Shown here piece after piece: positions 58,282 to 64,000 of a stretch of 64,000 bases of DNA. The notes beneath the pieces are model-generated. The model was given only the letters and a program-made list of their open reading frames with translations. It was not told the origin of the DNA and searched no databases. Source of the DNA: Candidatus Parcubacteria bacterium (lineage in GTDB: Bacteria > Patescibacteriota > Minisyncoccia > Phycocordibacterales > UBA918); NCBI GenBank assembly GCA_046050355.1, contig JBJOPW010000003.1, forward strand, positions 1-64,000, in the 5' to 3' direction. Positions within the stretch are counted from its first letter, which is position 1. Each line of letters begins with the position of its first letter. The translations under genes and the position numbers were made by a program.

Positions 58282-59322
58282 ATGCCAATTGTTACCCCCC
58301 GCCCACCTCGCCGCCTCACTGGGTTGCGATTCATTATTTGGACTAGTACGTTTTTGATTATCATGGTTGGTATTGGGTTTTTGAGTCTTATTCATCTCAA
58401 ATCACTCGCACTCACTACGCCAATAACTAGCGAGGTTGGAGCCCCTACAGACGGACTACCGCCACTTCCGATTGGCGTTGATCCAGTGGCTAAAGTAATA
58501 GAAGAAAATCCAGCTGTTGACGCTTACATGGCGGACTTTGTCGCGAGCAACCATACAGAACCAAGCCTCACCGACAACTGGCTTAACCGAGCCCTCGCTC
58601 GCCTGAGTGAACTTGATTGGTACCAAAATCTCGCTACCCCCGCCACTCGTATTTTGATTATTCAATCTGGTGAACGACACGAAGAAATAGCAAAAAATTT
58701 CGCTCGCATTCTCCACTGGACTGACGAAGAAAAGGTCGCCTTCACCGATCGACTCATGGACGAGGTACCGGCTGTGCGCGACGGAAAACTATACCCTGGT
58801 CGCTATGTGGTGCCAAATGACGCTGGCCCCGAAGAAGTCGCCATCGCCGTGGCTGAGCGGTTTAACGCTGAAGTACGTACTCGTTATACCGATGACGTAG
58901 CCAAAAAAATTCCCCTCAAAGACGCACTCATCATTGCTTCTCTCATCGAACGTGAGGCCTATGATTTTACCGATATGCGCTACATCTCCGGCGTCATTTG
59001 GAACCGACTCTTTATTGATATGAAATTACAAATTGATGCTACCTTACAGTACGCCCGGGGTGAACAGAGTGCAGCCGCTGGTGGTCGGTACTGGCCGGTG
59101 CCGCGACCACAAGACAAGTTCATTAAGTCTCCCTTTAATACCTATCAGAACACCGGTCTCCCGCCAGCTCCAATCGCCAACCCATCAATTGACGCCATCA
59201 TCGCTGCCCTCAATCCCCGCGAGACCGACTGTCTTTTCTACTACCACACCGACGACGGTACCTTCTACTGCAATGCGACGTACGAGGAACATGTCGCTGG
59301 TATCAAGCAGCACCTCAAATAA
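58282..59322 (+). CDS. mltG: Endolytic transglycosylase MltG
   Basis: ASLIERE, LQIDAT..Y, SPFNTY..GLPP.PIANP. Confidence 0.93.
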   Translation: MPIVTPRPPRRLTGLRFIIWTSTFLIIMVGIGFLSLIHLKSLALTTPITSEVGAPTDGLPPLPIGVDPVAKVIEENPAVDAYMADFVASNHTEPSLTDNWLNRALARLSELDWYQNLATPATRILIIQSGERHEEIAKNFARILHWTDEEKVAFTDRLMDEVPAVRDGKLYPGRYVVPNDAGPEEVAIAVAERFNAEVRTRYTDDVAKKIPLKDALIIASLIEREAYDFTDMRYISGVIWNRLFIDMKLQIDATLQYARGEQSAAAGGRYWPVPRPQDKFIKSPFNTYQNTGLPPAPIANPSIDAIIAALNPRETDCLFYYHTDDGTFYCNATYEEHVAGIKQHLK

Positions 59323-59346
59323 AAGAACGGCCAGGAGGCCGTTCTT

Positions 59347-59790
59347 TTATGTATGCAACCCTTCAAAGAGATACCGTAATACTCCATCACCAAGCTTGCT
59401 GGACAAAAAGTCTTGTCCTAATCCTGTCGGTCGTATCGTACGGCTTTCGTCGGTCGTCACCCAATTCACACGAGCCAGTTCGTGTGCATGGGTCGGGGTG
59501 TCCCCTAGGGTACGATAGTCAGCCGCATTATCGATAGCAAAGAAAAACTCCACTGCATGTTTTCCATTGTCTTGTGTGTAGTTGTGAATATACAGGAGTG
59601 AGCCAACCACCGGTATCACTCCGAGTTCTTCTTCAAGCTCGCGAATCAGTCCGGCTTTAATATCCTCACCCCACTCCAAGTGACCACCAGGTAACACGAG
59701 CACGCCCTCCTTGCCGACATGCTCCACAAGGAGTAACTCGCCCTTATCCAGAATAATGCCACGGCAGCGGACAACAAACTTTTTTTCCAT
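59347..59790 (-). CDS. NUDIX hydrolase
   Basis: PGGHLEWGE...RELEEELG. Confidence 0.9.
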   Translation of the reverse strand: MEKKFVVRCRGIILDKGELLLVEHVGKEGVLVLPGGHLEWGEDIKAGLIRELEEELGVIPVVGSLLYIHNYTQDNGKHAVEFFFAIDNAADYRTLGDTPTHAHELARVNWVTTDESRTIRPTGLGQDFLSSKLGDGVLRYLFEGLHT

Positions 59791-59804
59791 ACTCTCTGGG
59801 TTAC

Positions 59805-60167
59805 TTACTTCCATAATGCCAACCACACACCAATGTAGTGAACCACAACATAGAGGAAGAAGATGTACCCAAGCACACCAACAATCAGGGTGAGGGCGAG
59901 GTAATTAATAATTTCATTGCGACGACGCTTCGCTTCATCGATAGTACAGATACCTTTCTTTCGCGTTAGATAGTAGTAGAGAGAACCCATAAGGGCGAGG
60001 AGACCGGTGCCACGAAACAACCACTTATAGTCACCGTAAAGGGTGTCAGCCAATGATGACGCAAAGCTTGCGCTCGCGACACCAAGAAGTACCAAAATCA
60101 CCGGTGAGAGACAGCAAAGTGACGCCAAGAGTACCGGCAGACTCGAAATCTTAAATATATCTTTCAT
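59805..60167 (-). CDS. MerT-like 3-TM protein
   Basis: ASLCCLSP in TM1, GICT loop. Confidence 0.6.
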   Translation of the reverse strand: MKDIFKISSLPVLLASLCCLSPVILVLLGVASASFASSLADTLYGDYKWLFRGTGLLALMGSLYYYLTRKKGICTIDEAKRRRNEIINYLALTLIVGVLGYIFFLYVVVHYIGVWLALWK

Positions 60168-60176
60168 ATGTAGCTA

Positions 60177-61364
60177 TTATACGGCAGACAGCCACAACCC
60201 ATACCCAGCAGCTTCCATCTCGGCCTGCGGGATAAAGCGAAGCGCCGCCCCATTCATACAGTACCGTTGACCACCCCGGTCGGCTGGACCGTCTGGAAAG
60301 ACGTGTCCAAGATGCGAGTCAGCAAAGCGTGAACGAACCTCCGTACGGGTAGAAAAGAGTTTTTTGTCTTCATGGAGCGTGACTACCTCGTCGCTGATGG
60401 GACGTACAAACGACGGCCAGCCAGTTCCCGAATCATACTTGTCTCGTGAAGAAAACAGTGGTTCGCCGGAAACAATATCAACATAAATACCGGCCTCGTA
60501 ATTTTTATCAAGCTCGCTGGTACTCGAGCGCTCGGTGCTATCTTCCTGCGTCACACGGTACGATACGTCAGATAAAATTTGTCGTAACTCCGCTTCCCCA
60601 GGCTTTACAAAATTGTTCCAACTCTCAGCAGTAAACGGTGTTTGCATAGTATTTTTATTTACGTTACTAACTTCAGGCCCAGTCGAGAATTCAAATGTAT
60701 CTGCACTACTGCCCCAAACACTTTGATAAAACTTAGTTCGTCCTGATGCAGCTCGATAATAATTGTAGCGAACCGGATTTTTGACTGCATAGTCTTGATG
60801 GTAATCCTCGGCAGCAAAAAATGCTGGCCTTGGTAACAGTGCTATCGTCACTGGTTCGCTATATTTGCCGGCGGCATTAACCGCCTCTATCACTTGTTTA
60901 GCCGCCTCCTGTTCTTCGTCTGTTTCGTAGTACACCGCCGGTGCATACTGTACCCCGCGATCATAAAACGATCCTTCGGCATCAGTGGGGTCGCCGTGTT
61001 TCAATATATGTTCAACGAGGTTTTTGTATGATACCACCGTCGGATCATAGGTGACTTCGACTACCTCACGATGTCCTCCCGCCGCATAGTTTTCGTAGGT
61101 AGGACTATCGGTAGTACCGCCAGCATACCCCGAGACCACAGCAACGACACCAGCCACTGCCTCCAAATCATGCTCAACACACCAGAAACAACCATTGGCG
61201 AGGATTGCACTGGCGGTATTGGTGGCTACGATGTTCACATGCGGCGTAACGACAGGTTCACGCAGGATTGGCGTTGAAACGTTTTCCGGCAACCACAACA
61301 TCACTCCTAAAACGAGAAAGGTTCCCATCACCGCAAATCCAACCAAGAGTTTAGGAAGCGGCAT
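60177..61364 (-). CDS. msrAB: Membrane-anchored MsrA-MsrB fusion
   Basis: [33 protein letters not shown]. Confidence 0.96.
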   Translation of the reverse strand: MPLPKLLVGFAVMGTFLVLGVMLWLPENVSTPILREPVVTPHVNIVATNTASAILANGCFWCVEHDLEAVAGVVAVVSGYAGGTTDSPTYENYAAGGHREVVEVTYDPTVVSYKNLVEHILKHGDPTDAEGSFYDRGVQYAPAVYYETDEEQEAAKQVIEAVNAAGKYSEPVTIALLPRPAFFAAEDYHQDYAVKNPVRYNYYRAASGRTKFYQSVWGSSADTFEFSTGPEVSNVNKNTMQTPFTAESWNNFVKPGEAELRQILSDVSYRVTQEDSTERSSTSELDKNYEAGIYVDIVSGEPLFSSRDKYDSGTGWPSFVRPISDEVVTLHEDKKLFSTRTEVRSRFADSHLGHVFPDGPADRGGQRYCMNGAALRFIPQAEMEAAGYGLWLSAV

Positions 61365-61381
61365 AGCAGTCAAAGTACACA

Positions 61382-62127
61382 CTATTCGAGACTAAAGGTG
61401 GCGCGTGTTGTCACCATTACTTCTTTGTTCAGTGAACCGGTATCGTATGAGCCGTAGTCACTAATATCTACCCCACCCTGTGGCAATACCTGGACCACGC
61501 CACCCACCGCATTACGCAACATCCCAACCTCTCGTCCTGATTCAGAGGCAATGGCTTCGGCTCGAGCAGTGGCGTCTTTGATGGCTTCAGAGAGGAGCGA
61601 GACCCGCATTTCATCAAGCTTACTGTAGGTGAGTTCAAGTCCTCCGGTAGTCACCACATACCCATCGCCATTGAGGGGACTGAGGTCGTTTGCGAGCGCA
61701 GTCAATTTTGCCACGTCACTGCCGCGGACAATCACGCTCCGGTTAATGGTATACCCAGTCTGTACCGCCTCGGCGTTTTGTGGGTAGTAGTACGTCGCAC
61801 TAATGTTGCCGGCCGGTGTTTCAAAGTCAGTATGACCTTCTTTAGTCAAATACGACGTGACTTTTTCGACCGCTCGACCGAGTCGCTCCACCCCTGCCTG
61901 CTGATCACCCAAACCAGTCTTTGTTTCGAGATTGATAATGAGTCGACCAGTATCTGCTACTACCGCCTCTTTGGCTGAGCCAGTCACCTCAATGGTATCG
62001 CTCGCCAGTTTGATATCGTAAAGTACCTGACCACCGTACCAAACCATAAGTCCCAGTGCCAGTGACAGAATCGTAACGGCGGCTACCCGCGGTTCACTAT
62101 ATAATCAAACAATTTATTAAAATGCAT
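61382..62127 (-). CDS. SIMPL/DUF541 protein, apparently frameshifted near the 5' end
   Basis: IEVTGSA, A..DA..RAEAIA; in-frame TGA at 62105-62107, ATG at 62127 in another frame. Confidence 0.75.
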
Positions 62128-62152
62128 ATACCACAGTATAGCACTGGCGGTA

Positions 62153-63715
62153 TTACCTGTCTGCCGCTACCTCGATATCTACTACTTCTTTTGTGATAAG
62201 TGATTCACTCACGGCAATATTGTCTTGCAGACGCTTGAGGATTTTTATTTCTTCCCGAGTGAGCTTGCGCTTTTTACTCGCTTTTTCAAGGGATTCTATA
62301 TCAACCTCAAGATCTGCTTTAAGCAGGGTAAATGACTTATGCACCATCATCCGAGCTTCGGTGATTTCGGTATGGAGTCTCTTTTTGAAGCCTGTAAACG
62401 TGCGCCAACTCCAGAGCAACATCAGTCCCGTGAGTACAAGGAGTATGAGACTTGGCACCACAATCGCCAACACCGTTGCTGCTACGACACCAGTATTCAA
62501 CGTCATCGTCTCGCCAAAGAGTGATCGGATTGGTGTTTCTTGGGGTGTCGATGTTGTCACTGCCGAAGAGACGTCAGCAATAGTGATTGTCTCAGTGCGA
62601 GACAAAATATTACCAGCCTGGTCGATAGCCCGTATGGTGACACTATGCTCACCGACGGTAAGCCCACTAAACTTGTATATAGGTCTATTACCGTCAATCA
62701 AAATTGGTTCGCTGTCACCGACAACTACTTCATAGCGCATAATCCCAGAAATGCCATCAAAGGCGGTGAAACCAAACACATTATCGCCGAGATTGGTTAC
62801 TGCCATTTTTTCTGGTGGCGTTGTATCAACTTGGAGCTTGTAGTGTTCTATAGCTCCCCAACCGGATGCCGTTTTGTACTGTACATGGAGGTATGAAATG
62901 CCCTCAGCCAAATCCTCAATCGTGCGGCTGGTAATTGGTGGCGTGTAGACTACAGTCGGCACTGAATCTGGTTGTTCGTCTACCAAGAGTCGCATCGCTA
63001 CCACATCATCAGTCAGGGCAAAATTAAATGTACCAGTCGTTTCTTTTGACCAACTATCTGGAGCATGGCTCAAGGACTCGACTTTTGATACCGGCTGATT
63101 ATTTACGCCATCATCAGTCACCAAGGTAACAGGCTGTATCCCTGTCCCTGACGGCTTTGTTTCCACCACTGGTGCAGATGGCGTATCAACTACCGGAGCT
63201 GGTTCAGTCAGCTGGTACGTCGCGCTACCGCGGCTTTGTAATATTTCGGTACCCAGTCCATCATTGGCGAGCACTGACGCAGTACTGTAACTGAGTACCG
63301 CGGTCCCCACCGCTTTTACTCTAAAGGTTACCGTCAAAATCGCACCGCCCTGACCGGTATAACCTGGATTGAGGCTAATACCTTCAAAATTGATAGTGCC
63401 GGCACTATTTGAAAACGATGGTTCTACGACCCAGAGTGAAATGAGGGAGTGACTTTTTGACACCGACACCACCTCGAGTTGATTTGATGGAAACGACACT
63501 GTACCCGATACTGCATTCACTGCCTTGTCGCTACTCCCCACCGTGATAGTTGTAACAATCGTCGACCCAACAGCATACGAACCGCTCGTTCGATCAAAGG
63601 ATAAACTTGCCGCCGCAGTTATCGCCGGCATAGCAAATACAACGAGGAAGCCACTAAGGATTACACCAAGCGAGTACGGTAATAAGTACGAGCAAAATAA
63701 AGACCGAGTAGACAC
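62153..63715 (-). CDS. Cohesin-domain/Ig-like surface protein with C-terminal TM and coiled coil
   Basis: NAVSGTVSF, LWVVEP, VLANDGLGT, DTTPP, AFDGISGI..YEV, AIDQAGN. Confidence 0.8.
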   Translation of the reverse strand: MSTRSLFCSYLLPYSLGVILSGFLVVFAMPAITAAASLSFDRTSGSYAVGSTIVTTITVGSSDKAVNAVSGTVSFPSNQLEVVSVSKSHSLISLWVVEPSFSNSAGTINFEGISLNPGYTGQGGAILTVTFRVKAVGTAVLSYSTASVLANDGLGTEILQSRGSATYQLTEPAPVVDTPSAPVVETKPSGTGIQPVTLVTDDGVNNQPVSKVESLSHAPDSWSKETTGTFNFALTDDVVAMRLLVDEQPDSVPTVVYTPPITSRTIEDLAEGISYLHVQYKTASGWGAIEHYKLQVDTTPPEKMAVTNLGDNVFGFTAFDGISGIMRYEVVVGDSEPILIDGNRPIYKFSGLTVGEHSVTIRAIDQAGNILSRTETITIADVSSAVTTSTPQETPIRSLFGETMTLNTGVVAATVLAIVVPSLILLVLTGLMLLWSWRTFTGFKKRLHTEITEARMMVHKSFTLLKADLEVDIESLEKASKKRKLTREEIKILKRLQDNIAVSESLITKEVVDIEVAADR

Positions 63716-64000
63716 AATACTAGTATACCGATAATGCGGAGAGACTGTTCATACTGACCAACCCCATTTTGGGGATAGAGTACGGCGGTGCGCGTGTTAC
63801 CATTTTTATCAACGGCCTTTACATAAATCTTTTTATCAAGATTTTGATGCTGTAACTCGTACGGACTTTCTGTTTGCTGGTAGGTACCAAACCAACCTTC
63901 TTTCACCGCCATGTAATCAAGGCCAGAGCCTTTGTCTTCGGTAGCAAATATAAGCGTCCACGCTCCCCCAAACATATCCGGGTCGCGAACAATTTGTGGT
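63661..64000 (-). CDS. C-terminal part of a related Ig-like surface protein (runs off window)
   Basis: FATEDKGSGLDY, SPY.L..Q, VKAVDKNGN, terminal TM. Confidence 0.8.
   Translation of the reverse strand, partial: PQIVRDPDMFGGAWTLIFATEDKGSGLDYMAVKEGWFGTYQQTESPYELQHQNLDKKIYVKAVDKNGNTRTAVLYPQNGVGQYEQSLRIIGILVLCLLGLYFARTYYRTRLV

Noticed and set aside
1-64000. CRISPR array, cas, reverse transcriptase or integrase
   Set aside because: No regularly spaced repeats with unique spacers and no such ORFs in the track.

Overview
Chromosomal window from what looks like a Patescibacteria/CPR (Parcubacteria-like) bacterium. This is inferred from tandem VirB2-like pilins, cohesin-domain proteins, a degenerate HisRS paralogue, a short ValRS and many apparently leaderless genes. 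It is mostly housekeeping (gyrA, rpsA, pth, lepB, ybeY, ftsA, ftsZ, tsaD, valS, lepA, murJ, mltG, msrAB), with 8 tRNAs, three PemK/MazF toxin loci, metal/redox genes and the 5' end of an IS200 tnpA at the left edge. I saw no CRISPR array, integrase or reverse transcriptase. The most unusual signals are non-coding. (1) A family of structured elements sits 3' of five tRNAs; in four of them the arms are inverted and direct copies of the neighbouring tRNA's own 3' end, and covarying homologues lie after ftsZ. (2) Six ~120-127 bp ERIC-like hairpins share one orientation relative to transcription, five of them at stop codons. (3) Two candidate leader-peptide attenuators lie in front of orphan small ORFs. 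All calls come from reading the sequence by eye; no database searches were run.
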